From sequence record KT454806: a stretch of DNA of 64,000 bases; one strand, written 5' to 3'. The stretch comes from Escherichia phage SUSP2. Shown in pieces: positions 31,223 to 39,968 of the stretch. The notes under the pieces were generated by a model. The model searched no databases, was not told the origin of the DNA, and saw only the letters and a list, made by a program, of their open reading frames with translations. The stretch's first letter is position 1. Each line of letters begins with the position of its first letter. A program made the position numbers and the translations under genes.

Positions 31223-31386
31223 AATTAATCATGTCATTTGGTGGCCTGATTGTAATTGGATACCTTCTGGCTAAACACTTCTTCGGTACAGAAGAGTGTG
31301 AAGATTGTGATGGTACAGGTCTGGTAGGTTATGGGTGTTGTCCTTATTGTGGTGGAACTGGAAAGAAACATAACGGAAACAGTTGA
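31204..31386 (+). CDS. small membrane-anchored zinc-finger protein (DnaJ-type CxxCxGxG repeats)
   Basis: Hydrophobic N-terminus then CEDCDGTG..CPYCGGTG. Confidence 0.4.
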   Translation: MQGYWLELIMSFGGLIVIGYLLAKHFFGTEECEDCDGTGLVGYGCCPYCGGTGKKHNGNS

Positions 31387-31411
31387 CAATCGGTGCAGAG
31401 TTCTTTAAAGT
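31383..31411 (+). promoter_or_regulatory. sigma70-like promoter candidate upstream of rIIA-like gene
   Basis: TTGACA, 17 bp, TAAAGT. Confidence 0.4.
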
Positions 31412-31444
31412 CCCTGCATCAAACAAACCAAGAGGAAAGTTATT

Positions 31445-33811
31445 ATGCGCATGGTAAATGACCACGCAGAGGTGATTAAGAGTTCATCTTCATTAGAAAC
31501 TTCTCAGGCGTCTATCACGATGACTCCTGAAATGTTCAGCCTGTTAAGTTCAGGTGTTTACACTTTTAAAGAACGTGCGGTAATCCGTGAGTTGTCATGT
31601 AATGCTGTAGACACCCACAAAGAAGCTGGAAAAGAGAATGTGCCGTTCCGTGTACATTTGCCAACTCGTTTTGACCCATACTTTGAAGTCCGTGACTTTG
31701 GTACTGGTCTGACTCACGAGAAGGTCATGTCTTTGTACCTGAACTATGGAGCTTCTACTAAGAATGACTCGAATGACTACATCGGTGCTATGGGTATCGG
31801 TTCAAAGTCACCTTTTGCAATCGCACAGTCATTCACCGTGTCCAGTTACGTAGATGGTGTGGTTAACAAGTACTCTGTATATCTTGAGAATGGTATTCCT
31901 CAAGTTACTAAACTGACGACCAACCCGACTACCGAACCAAATGGTTTAGCAGTTCGTGTTGCAGTAGCTGACCACCGTATTCAGAAGTTCCATGAAGAAG
32001 CGAGCAATGTATTCTCTTACTTCAAATTGAAACCAGAATGCAACGTAGAATACCGTGATATTCTTAGCGAGATGACTACCATTGTCCGTGAAGATGGTGT
32101 TTACGATGCGATGAAGTATAAAGAGAACTGGCGTTCAAGCAATAACCAGACAAATTTCAACGTTGTCATGGGTAACATTGCTTATCCTGTTGACTTAGGA
32201 GACTTGCTTGGTGCAGAGTTCACCAATGTTCTTCCTACATTCTTCCGTAACGCTGTAGACCTTGTTAACATCTACATGCCGATTGGTTCAGTAGCTATCG
32301 CTGCATCTCGTGAAGCATTGCAGATGAATGAGACCACCAAGAAAGCAATTACAGATGCAGTTAAAAAGATTACTGCAACAATTGTAGAAGATGTGGTAAA
32401 ACGTATTGCTGACGAACCAACTCTGGTAGATGCAGCACAGGCTTATGCAGACTTGCGAGCTAACTCTCGTGAAATCTTCCAGCATGTGTTTACCCGTCTT
32501 GAGTGGAATGGTCAGAACTTAAGTAACCTTGAGCAGAAACTTTTAAAGATTCGTCAAGGACAATTAAGTAATCAAGATGGTACTCCAAAGTTTGCGACTG
32601 ATGATTCAGGAGCTTTGGTTGTTGATAAGAGTGGTAATCATATTCCAGTGATTGGCAATCTTTATGAACCTGTTGCATACTTTAAGTACAGCCAGCTTGA
32701 GAACAAAATTCGTGCTACTTCAGCGTTGTACACTCAGGAGGGTGCAAACTTCAGTATCTTCGGTGCAATGAGTAAGAACAAAATGTCTAACTATTTGTTC
32801 CTTATCAATGACCGTCGAAACAAAAATGGTACTGAAAAGACTGTAGGACGTAATCAGATTATTCGTGGTGCTTGCCGTGACCGTGAAAATGAAGAACCAA
32901 ACTTCCGTCGCTATAATGGTATTGTATACGTCTTCTCTGATGAGAAAGAGTTAGATGATTTTATCAGTCTTCACATGCTTGATAAGAGTCTGTTGACGAT
33001 TGTTAAAATGTCTGACAAAGAGCATCACTATGTGAAGCGTACCGTGACTCGTGGTGTTGTAAAACTCTACAAAGCTTCTGTACATGAGCATGGAGTGTCC
33101 TATGGAGAAGTGAAAGAAAACTTTGATGATATTGAAGAACCTCAGTATTATATCAAGGCTCAAAGTGATGAGGTTCTTGGTGGTATATTTAACTGTTCTC
33201 CAGAGGCGGCTGCTAAGGTATCTGCACGTTTAACTGGACAGTCAGTTTATGTGTTCCGTAAAGCAAACTGGAAGAAAATTCCTGAAGACTGGTTAGAAGT
33301 AAATCAGCAAGTCTTCAAAGATTCTATCACTGACATTCACTGGATTGAGTTTAACCGTTTTGTAACTCGTGAATGGTGTAGTTCAAACTGTGATATCACT
33401 GATAAAGGTGTTATTGCCAGAACGTTCCAGTTTGGTGATAAGAAGTGCTCAAGAGGTTATGTCTACAGTGCTGACTACAGCAAACGTATCTTCTTGGAAG
33501 GGAACGAAGAGGCTGTAGAAGCAATGTTTGGTAAGCTGGCTTATGTCGCTTCACCAATTGCTTATAAGGACGTTACAAGTGTTCTGCATGACTTACAACG
33601 CTTGACAAGAGCCAAGAGTAAGGTACACTCTGCAATCTACAATGCAAGAGAACGTATTAAGCAGAAACTGAGTGTGTACTTCACAGCACGTAAAGCAGAA
33701 AACTTCTTGCTTTCTAACTTAGACTGGAATAAAGTAAGTCCTGTTGAAGTTGGTCAGTTCTTAGGATTTGATGTTAAGTGCATCCCTGAAGGAACTCAGG
33801 CTTTTGATTAA
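31445..33811 (+). CDS. rIIA: rIIA-like protein with N-terminal GHKL (Bergerat-fold) ATPase domain
   Basis: 788 aa; N-box ELSCNAVD, G1 box RDFGTGL, G2 box GAMGIGSKS; size and domain order as T4 rIIA. Confidence 0.6.
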   Translation: MRMVNDHAEVIKSSSSLETSQASITMTPEMFSLLSSGVYTFKERAVIRELSCNAVDTHKEAGKENVPFRVHLPTRFDPYFEVRDFGTGLTHEKVMSLYLNYGASTKNDSNDYIGAMGIGSKSPFAIAQSFTVSSYVDGVVNKYSVYLENGIPQVTKLTTNPTTEPNGLAVRVAVADHRIQKFHEEASNVFSYFKLKPECNVEYRDILSEMTTIVREDGVYDAMKYKENWRSSNNQTNFNVVMGNIAYPVDLGDLLGAEFTNVLPTFFRNAVDLVNIYMPIGSVAIAASREALQMNETTKKAITDAVKKITATIVEDVVKRIADEPTLVDAAQAYADLRANSREIFQHVFTRLEWNGQNLSNLEQKLLKIRQGQLSNQDGTPKFATDDSGALVVDKSGNHIPVIGNLYEPVAYFKYSQLENKIRATSALYTQEGANFSIFGAMSKNKMSNYLFLINDRRNKNGTEKTVGRNQIIRGACRDRENEEPNFRRYNGIVYVFSDEKELDDFISLHMLDKSLLTIVKMSDKEHHYVKRTVTRGVVKLYKASVHEHGVSYGEVKENFDDIEEPQYYIKAQSDEVLGGIFNCSPEAAAKVSARLTGQSVYVFRKANWKKIPEDWLEVNQQVFKDSITDIHWIEFNRFVTREWCSSNCDITDKGVIARTFQFGDKKCSRGYVYSADYSKRIFLEGNEEAVEAMFGKLAYVASPIAYKDVTSVLHDLQRLTRAKSKVHSAIYNARERIKQKLSVYFTARKAENFLLSNLDWNKVSPVEVGQFLGFDVKCIPEGTQAFD

Positions 33812-33824
33812 AAATAGTTTGACA

Positions 33825-33840
33825 GGGGCTGCAAAGCCCC
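33825..33840 (+). terminator. hairpin terminator candidate embedded in a promoter-like spacer
   Basis: GGGGCT-gcaa-AGCCCC, flanked by TTGACA (33819-33824) and TAGAAT (33842-33847). Confidence 0.4.
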
Positions 33841-33890
33841 TTAGAATACGAACCACTAAGTAATATTAACTAACAAGAGAGAGTAATAAG

Positions 33891-35000
33891 ATGACTACTA
33901 AAACTAAAGCACAAATCGACGCAGAAATCTATGCACTGGTTCAGGAAGGTAAACTGACCAAAACTGCCATTGCAATGAAGTATAACACTTCTACTCGTTC
34001 CGTTGGTCGTGCTGTAGAACGTCACGAAGCAACACTGAAAGGTGCTAAGAAAGCAACTTCCAAGCCAGCTAAACAGACTCTGAAACAGATTGCAAAGTCT
34101 GCTAAGAAGACGTCTACTAAGCCAGTTGCCAAGGCTGTTAAAGAGGCAGTGAAGAAAGAACCTGTTAACCAACTGCACGAAGCAATGCAGAATGGTAACC
34201 AGATTGAGTACATGATTACTGGTGATTCTGTTATCATGACTTTCGGTGCAGATTCTGAAATCGTTGAGTCTACCCATCCGAACTATAAAGAAATCGTGAT
34301 GGCTGTTGTAGGTGGTGAGTACAAGAAAGCTTTCGAACTGATGAACATTCGTAAGTCTATTGAGAACTTCACTCAGGGTGCAATCACCATCAAAGGCGAT
34401 AACCTGTACTACGGTGCTGTTCAAATGCGTTCCACTCTGGTAGACCGTATTCTGGATATGATGAAAGCTGGCGACGATGGCTTTAAACGTCTGGTAGCAT
34501 TCTTCGAAAAACTGATGGAAAACCCATCCAAAGATTCTGTAGAACAACTTTGGGGATTTGTATCCCACCTTGACGTTGAGATTGATGAAGAAGGTTATAT
34601 CATCGGTTGGAAGAAAGTTACAACTCGTGGTGGTAAGCTGTTTGACTCCCGTACCTGCAAAGTTCCTAATGATTTGGGTAACGTTGTAGAGATGCCACGC
34701 TGGATGGTTGATAATGACCGTACAGTAACTTGCTCTCAAGGTCTGCATGTTGGTGCTTGGGATTATGTCCGTAGCTTCTCTGGTGACACTATCCTGAAAG
34801 TTCGTGTACATCCACGAGACGTTGTATCTGTACCAACTGACTACCAAGATATGAAAATGCGAGCTTCCCGTTATGAAGTTGCAGCAATTGTGAATGGTCA
34901 GCGTCAGGTTGTCAAAGAGTGGGATGGCAAATCTGAAGCACTGCATGTTGTTGTAGGCACTGCTGGTGAACTGATTTCTCAGCGTAAACGTGAAATCTAA
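33891..35000 (+). CDS. rIIB: rIIB-like protein
   Basis: 369 aa immediately after rIIA-like gene; assignment by position and size, N-terminal pattern weakly resembles rIIB. Confidence 0.45.
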   Translation: MTTKTKAQIDAEIYALVQEGKLTKTAIAMKYNTSTRSVGRAVERHEATLKGAKKATSKPAKQTLKQIAKSAKKTSTKPVAKAVKEAVKKEPVNQLHEAMQNGNQIEYMITGDSVIMTFGADSEIVESTHPNYKEIVMAVVGGEYKKAFELMNIRKSIENFTQGAITIKGDNLYYGAVQMRSTLVDRILDMMKAGDDGFKRLVAFFEKLMENPSKDSVEQLWGFVSHLDVEIDEEGYIIGWKKVTTRGGKLFDSRTCKVPNDLGNVVEMPRWMVDNDRTVTCSQGLHVGAWDYVRSFSGDTILKVRVHPRDVVSVPTDYQDMKMRASRYEVAAIVNGQRQVVKEWDGKSEALHVVVGTAGELISQRKREI

Positions 35001-35016
35001 TAAGTAAATTCTTAAA

Positions 35017-35039
35017 GGGCTGCTTCGGCAGCCTTTTTT
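35017..35039 (+). terminator. rho-independent terminator
   Basis: GGGCTGC-ttcg-GCAGCC plus TTTTTT. Confidence 0.7.
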
Positions 35040-35100
35040 ATTTGTGTTTTGTGCAGAGTAGTGTATAATTGCTTGCATGTTGAACTAAACAGGAGAACCA

Positions 35101-35652
35101 ATGAAGAAGTTCATTTTAGGTTTGTGCTTATTCTTAACAGCACATTTGGCAGTCGCTTCAGACTGTCCAGAATTATCCATCAGTCAGAAAACAAACATGC
35201 TTAAAGCTTATCACTACGGTGAGAAAGAGATGGGTAAAGGTTGGGGATTAACCTTAGCCGCTATAGCCTTACAAGAGTCAGAGTTAGGTCTTCGTCTTGA
35301 AAATAAAAAGACTCACGATTATGGATTGTTCCAGAATCACTTGAAGACTGTTGTAAAGCGTAACAAAGTTAGCCCAAGCGTAGCTAAGAAGAAACTTATC
35401 AGAGACTTCAATTATGCTGCAAAGGAGACACACAAAGAGCTTCAGTTCTGGACTAAGGTTCATGGTAATCCTAATGGGAAATACTCTTTACAGCGTGTCT
35501 TAGCTTCATATAATGCAGGGTACTCATACCGCATTCCAAAAGCTAGACAATACTCTCAAGATGTGTACAATAACATGAAGGTGCTTGCTCAATGTGAGTT
35601 TGCAACAAACATCAAAAAGGTTAAACATGAGCGAATTAAAACAATTGGATAA
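35101..35652 (+). CDS. secreted lytic transglycosylase (SLT domain)
   Basis: Signal peptide MKKFILGLCLFLTAHLAVAS; catalytic-region motifs ALQESELG, DYGLFQ, SYNAGYSY. Confidence 0.7.
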   Translation: MKKFILGLCLFLTAHLAVASDCPELSISQKTNMLKAYHYGEKEMGKGWGLTLAAIALQESELGLRLENKKTHDYGLFQNHLKTVVKRNKVSPSVAKKKLIRDFNYAAKETHKELQFWTKVHGNPNGKYSLQRVLASYNAGYSYRIPKARQYSQDVYNNMKVLAQCEFATNIKKVKHERIKTIG

Positions 35653-36322
35653 GGTATTTTGTCACGCTTACGATATCAATCCTCTGGCTATAGATATCAG
35701 TGCTGCAAGCTGGACAGACCTTATGAAAGAAGACTTTGCAGATACTGCAAGGGCTGTTGAATGTGACTTCAAAGATTTTCATTCATCTGCTGAAACAGTT
35801 CTCTGTACAGACCTTCAAACAGGTAAGTCAGTATCAGTTAAGCGTGACAGCTTAATCTTGGTTGCAAAAGACCTTGATATGAAGAAGCCAATGGTTTTAA
35901 CAGATATTGATGGCGTTCTCACTAAGTTTGATAAGCCAACAAACTCAACGTATCTGGAAGATGGAACTCTGTCACAGTATACAAACTTGATTGAGTCAGT
36001 TGATGCACAACCTACGTACATCTTTAACATCATTTCAGGCATTCACAAGAGTGCTGCAATCGGTGTTTTAACTGCTCGTGGTGAGTCTCAACGTGTACCA
36101 ACTCATTTGTTTATTGATAAACACATTGTAACTGACTACATGCTCTTTATGCGTGGTTTTGGTTCAAACAGAATCAGTGCAGAAAGTTTGAAAGTTCGTA
36201 TGATTCAGTCTTGCATTCTTCCGTACTATGATGTAGTATGCTTTATAGAAGATACAGTAAAGAATGTTGAGAAGGTTAAACGAATCCTTCCAGACATTAA
36301 CACAATGCTTATCAAACACTAA
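35627..36322 (+). CDS. hypothetical protein (possible HAD-like phosphatase)
   Basis: 231 aa from internal ATG; VLTDIDGVLT resembles HAD motif I but is not N-terminal. Confidence 0.35.
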   Translation: MSELKQLDKVFCHAYDINPLAIDISAASWTDLMKEDFADTARAVECDFKDFHSSAETVLCTDLQTGKSVSVKRDSLILVAKDLDMKKPMVLTDIDGVLTKFDKPTNSTYLEDGTLSQYTNLIESVDAQPTYIFNIISGIHKSAAIGVLTARGESQRVPTHLFIDKHIVTDYMLFMRGFGSNRISAESLKVRMIQSCILPYYDVVCFIEDTVKNVEKVKRILPDINTMLIKH

Positions 36323-36334
36323 GAGAGAGAAATC

Positions 36335-36799
36335 ATGCAAAACATTATTACAGTAGCTATCGACGCATCAGCAAACAAATCACAGGTTGTTCGTGATATC
36401 ATTAAAAGCAACTTTGATGGCAAAATCTTTCGTGCTGTCAACGTAAAAGTGGATGGTGATATCCGTGAATATCGTGCTTTGCTGAACGTGTCAAAACACG
36501 TTAAAGGTGTCGGTTCTACTACAGCACATAAAGAAAACCTGATGACCATCTATGATATGGGTATGGCTTCAGAGTTGGGTGCTAAAGGAATTGTACAGTC
36601 CGGTGCTCCGTACCGTTCTTTCAATCTGGAAACTGCTCTTATGCTTTCCTTTACAAGTGGTTCACAAACTACCACGTATCTCTTTACTGATGCTGCAACG
36701 GTATCTGCCATTAAGGATAGCACTATCAAGGCTGGCGTAGCTGCTGCTGCAAAAGCTTCAACGATGGCTGCAAATGTCCTTGCTAAAGTCCTCGGTTAA
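36335..36799 (+). CDS. hypothetical protein
   Basis: 154 aa. Confidence 0.5.
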   Translation: MQNIITVAIDASANKSQVVRDIIKSNFDGKIFRAVNVKVDGDIREYRALLNVSKHVKGVGSTTAHKENLMTIYDMGMASELGAKGIVQSGAPYRSFNLETALMLSFTSGSQTTTYLFTDAATVSAIKDSTIKAGVAAAAKASTMAANVLAKVLG

Positions 36800-36811
36800 G
36801 GTTATGATACA

Positions 36812-36832
36812 GGCTCCTTCGGGAGCCTTTTT
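36812..36832 (+). terminator. rho-independent terminator
   Basis: GGCTCC-ttcg-GGAGCC plus TTTTT. Confidence 0.7.
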
Positions 36833-36850
36833 CGTTTTAGGAGATTGTAT

Positions 36851-37009
36851 ATGTACAAAACATATTTGATAACAGTCGTCATAAAGGGTGTTGAAATTAC
36901 CCTCCCAATGGCATCTAAAACTACTTGTGAGGTAGAGGCTTTGCAAGAGTTAGTTGAGCAAGCTGAATTACTTTATCCACAAGCTGAATTTGTTTATCCA
37001 GCAGTGTAG
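36851..37009 (+). CDS. small protein (52 aa)
   Basis: ATG after GGAGATTG RBS; below ORF-track cutoff. Confidence 0.35.
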   Translation: MYKTYLITVVIKGVEITLPMASKTTCEVEALQELVEQAELLYPQAEFVYPAV

Positions 37010-37021
37010 AGGATACTAAAA

Positions 37022-37369
37022 ATGACATTTAAAGAGTTCTGTCAAGCCGCTTTCATAGTTGTTTTTCTGATTGGTGTAGGTGTTTGGGGCGGTTATTCTT
37101 ATAAGGATTACCAAGTCACTCAGACAGAATTGACTAATCAGAAGCTTATAAGCGTTGCTAAGGATGCTTACCAAGAAGGTTTAGCAAATCTTAGCTCCAA
37201 TTATAAAAATGATTTGAAAGATGTGCTTGCTAAAAACAAACACACAAAAGAGGTATTGACATATGAGAAGACTAAGCCAGAGTTTTATAACATTTGTGCT
37301 ACTGATACTTATGTCAGGGTGTTCAATGAACAAAGTGAACTCTACGTTCAAAAACTCCCAAGTAAGTGA
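37022..37369 (+). CDS. membrane protein, i-spanin-like candidate
   Basis: 115 aa; N-terminal TM helix AAFIVVFLIGVGVWGGY then helical region. Confidence 0.4.
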   Translation: MTFKEFCQAAFIVVFLIGVGVWGGYSYKDYQVTQTELTNQKLISVAKDAYQEGLANLSSNYKNDLKDVLAKNKHTKEVLTYEKTKPEFYNICATDTYVRVFNEQSELYVQKLPSK

Positions 37370-37532
37370 AAGTGATAAGTACACTCAAGAAGAATCACGC
37401 TATGTTGTCAAGGGCAATACAGGCACAGACCTGTCACAAGCCCTTGAATTTTATCGTGATGGGTACTATCAATGTACGATGAAAGCCAATAATTTAATTG
37501 ATATGATTTTGTTAGGGAATAAGCAGCAATGA
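37263..37532 (+). CDS. lipoprotein, o-spanin-like candidate (overlaps 37022-37369 out of frame)
   Basis: Lipobox LILMSGCS; AAAGAGG RBS; 107 nt overlap with upstream TM protein gene. Confidence 0.45.
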   Translation: MRRLSQSFITFVLLILMSGCSMNKVNSTFKNSQVSESDKYTQEESRYVVKGNTGTDLSQALEFYRDGYYQCTMKANNLIDMILLGNKQQ

Positions 37533-37798
37533 GTCAAGAGACAGAACTGTTCTACACAGAAGGTTATTTACTTCTTCCAAGACCAAAAGATACTTATATG
37601 CGCATTGACTTCATGCCAATGGTTATGGATGATGTGATGTGTCATATCTTTATGAAGGGTATCACAACACAGTTGAAAGATACTGGAAGAGATTGCAAAT
37701 TAAAGATTGACACTCATCCAGAAATCAAAGAGAATCACTACACATGGTTCTTAGAAGATACCAAAGAAATTATGGCAGTTCTCAAAACGAGGAAGTAG
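37529..37798 (+). CDS. hypothetical protein
   Basis: 89 aa. Confidence 0.45.
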   Translation: MSQETELFYTEGYLLLPRPKDTYMRIDFMPMVMDDVMCHIFMKGITTQLKDTGRDCKLKIDTHPEIKENHYTWFLEDTKEIMAVLKTRK

Positions 37799-37799
37799 C

Positions 37800-37976
37800 A
37801 TGTCAAGCAAAGAGAAGTTGATTGAACTCATCAAAGAATACGGTCAAGCACGTTACAACGTTGCTGGAGAAAGCTGTTGTGGTGATATTGACAGTATGAC
37901 GATGTGGGAAGAAACTTCAGAAGCAATTCTACAACAAATTGAAGAGGTAGTCTCTGATGGAATTGAACGGTAAAAC
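37800..37976 (+). CDS. small protein (58 aa)
   Basis: Below ORF-track cutoff; tight fit between neighbours. Confidence 0.3.
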
Positions 37977-38283
37977 CTTCGTAGCTGTCATCCAAGATAG
38001 TGAAAAAGATATTGGCGTAGCACAAGTCACATATGGTAATGGTGAGTTCCTTTATGGTATTGTGGCAATGGTTGGTACAAGAGGCGACACACCAACCTTT
38101 CATGATTGTGTAGATAAACTCGAAGAGTCTGTCAGGAATCATTGGTGTCTTATCTGGATGAATGAGAAAGATATCAAAGAGCGTTATACTAAACTTGGTA
38201 TTGACATTGCTGGCATAGAGCATGTAGACTTGTACGAGTTGACAGAGAAAGTTCTCTTTGAAAAAGGTAAAGAAAATGGCTGA
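37957..38283 (+). CDS. hypothetical protein
   Basis: 108 aa. Confidence 0.45.
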   Translation: MELNGKTFVAVIQDSEKDIGVAQVTYGNGEFLYGIVAMVGTRGDTPTFHDCVDKLEESVRNHWCLIWMNEKDIKERYTKLGIDIAGIEHVDLYELTEKVLFEKGKENG

Positions 38284-38476
38284 TTTCTGCAAAGACTGTT
38301 CCATCGAACTGTTTGGACGTGACACAGGGGACTTAAAAGGTCTTATCTCTGAAGAAGAGTTCAAAGCTGGTTACGCTATGCCAACACTCTGTGAAGGTTG
38401 TGGTGGAATCTGGGTAGACCATGAAGGACAGCGTGTGAAGCCTTCTAAAGATAAAGAATCATGGGAGAAATGGTAA
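38276..38476 (+). CDS. small zinc-ribbon protein
   Basis: CKDC..CEGCGG. Confidence 0.4.
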   Translation: MADFCKDCSIELFGRDTGDLKGLISEEEFKAGYAMPTLCEGCGGIWVDHEGQRVKPSKDKESWEKW

Positions 38477-38477
38477 G

Positions 38478-39260
38478 ATGGGTATTGTAAAAGTCATCAA
38501 AGGGGATATCTTCACAGACTTTGAAAAAGGTAAGTTTGATATCATCGGTCACGGTTGCAACTGTATGAATCTGATGGGTGCAGGTATCGCTGACAAGATT
38601 TCTAAGGGTTATCCAAAAGCCTATGAAACTGATGCTGAAGTCTACCGTGTAGCAGGAGGAAGAGAGCATAAACCTTGTCAGAAACTGCTTGGTAAACTCT
38701 CTGTAGCACGTCTTAAACAAGGTCGTATTGCTAACCTGTACACTCAGTTGAAGACTGGTAAAGATGCTCGCTACGATGCTCTTGAGAGTGCTCTGTTGAG
38801 CCTTAACCAGTACTGCAAAGTAAATCAATTGAAGAAAGTTGGTCTTCCAATGATTGGTGCAGGGATTGGTGGACTTGACCCGAAAGCTATTGTGGTGATT
38901 ATGAATCACATCTTGAAAGATGTTGATGTTTATCTTTACGTGTTTGAAGAGGCAATGTTTAATACTCTGTCAACATGGGGTAATCACAGTGAACCACAAT
39001 ACTTTGCAGGTGTAGCCGTTGTCAACGAAGACGGAGTTACCCTCTTCAGGCATCGTAAGAACAAGGTACATCGGAGTAACCCTCCGGTTGAGCGAATGTC
39101 TCTAAGTAACGCTCAAGTTACCCCGCCGTTGAAAGGAAGTATGCAACGTGCAGTGACATTTGGAAGTGAGCCTGATGTGTACATTCTTGCAGCAAATGAG
39201 AAAGATGCTGAAGCAATTGTAGACATTTCTAATATCAAGTTCTTAGCTGCAAAGAACTAA
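38478..39260 (+). CDS. macro domain protein (ADP-ribose binding/processing) with C-terminal extension
   Basis: VKVIKGDIFTDFEKGKFDIIGHGCNCMNLMGAGIADKI and GLPMIGAGIGGLDP match macro-domain glycine-rich loops. Confidence 0.7.
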   Translation: MGIVKVIKGDIFTDFEKGKFDIIGHGCNCMNLMGAGIADKISKGYPKAYETDAEVYRVAGGREHKPCQKLLGKLSVARLKQGRIANLYTQLKTGKDARYDALESALLSLNQYCKVNQLKKVGLPMIGAGIGGLDPKAIVVIMNHILKDVDVYLYVFEEAMFNTLSTWGNHSEPQYFAGVAVVNEDGVTLFRHRKNKVHRSNPPVERMSLSNAQVTPPLKGSMQRAVTFGSEPDVYILAANEKDAEAIVDISNIKFLAAKN

Positions 39261-39332
39261 GAAACTCTGTAGCATATTCACAATAGACTAAGCCTTTCTT
39301 ATCTGGTAAATTTTTCAGGTAAGGAGGGCTTT

Positions 39333-39515
39333 TTCATTTTAAAATTGTGCAGGTAAAAGTCTGGACAGAAATCTGTAGAGAAAATTTTGAACTCCAAAGG
39401 GAAAATTCATTTTCAATTTGTGCAGGTGGACTCCAAAGAGCTTTTTCATTTTCAAAACGTGCAGTCCCGGCGAGTGTCGGGCAAGAAAAATCATTTTAGA
39501 ATTGTGCAGGTAGAT
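39333..39515. repeat. array of at least four direct repeats (cattttNNaaNNtgtgcaggt), iteron-like
   Basis: Copies at about 39333, 39405, 39444, 39491, with a degenerate copy near 39597. Confidence 0.55.
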
Positions 39516-39528
39516 AGATAGTACCAGC

Positions 39529-39565
39529 CCTGCCCCTCTCCCCCTCTTACTCCCCCTCTCCCCAA
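39529..39565. repeat. homopyrimidine C/T tract
   Basis: ccctgcccctctccccctcttactccccctctcccc; unusual in AT-rich context. Confidence 0.6.
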
Positions 39566-39683
39566 AAGTCAAGAGAAAAATCTGTAGAGAACTGAAAAAT
39601 AATTCTTGATTTGTGCTATGTTTTGTGGTAGTCGTGTGCCCGTTCCTCTCTGGCAATCCCTGAAAATATTTTTAAAAATTTGC

Positions 39684-39712
39684 TTGACCTGCAAAACAAA
39701 GTTATTTAGTAT
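39684..39712 (+). promoter_or_regulatory. sigma70-like promoter heading the small-gene array
   Basis: TTGACC, 17 bp, TAGTAT. Confidence 0.5.
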
Positions 39713-39761
39713 CTGCATCAGACGGGCAAACAAGCCCACTTCCTAAACTGGAGATTCAAAA

Positions 39762-39968
39762 ATGTTATATCAACGTGAGTTAATGATTGTAGATAACACT
39801 GAAACAAAACATCGTCGTTTTTATATGCTAATTTGTGATGTGTGGCAACGTATATCAGAAAAAGATTATGATACATATGTAAACACGTCAATTAATTCAG
39901 ATTGTTACTTGACAACTCACACAAGAAAGCATATTAGACATACTGCAATTTATTATTATGACGTTTAA
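39762..39968 (+). CDS. small protein, array gene 1
   Basis: 68 aa; preceded by conserved leader cctaaactggagattcaaaa. Confidence 0.5.
   Translation: MLYQRELMIVDNTETKHRRFYMLICDVWQRISEKDYDTYVNTSINSDCYLTTHTRKHIRHTAIYYYDV

Noticed and set aside
33870-35078. 402 aa ORF on the minus strand antisense to the rIIB-like gene
   Set aside because: Its translation is Cys/Phe/Leu-rich with almost no charged residues and it has no RBS. The plus-strand gene has a strong RBS, a terminator and natural composition.
39339-39656. 105 aa minus-strand ORF in the iteron/CT-tract region
   Set aside because: It is built largely from the repeats and the homopolymeric tract; the region reads as regulatory.
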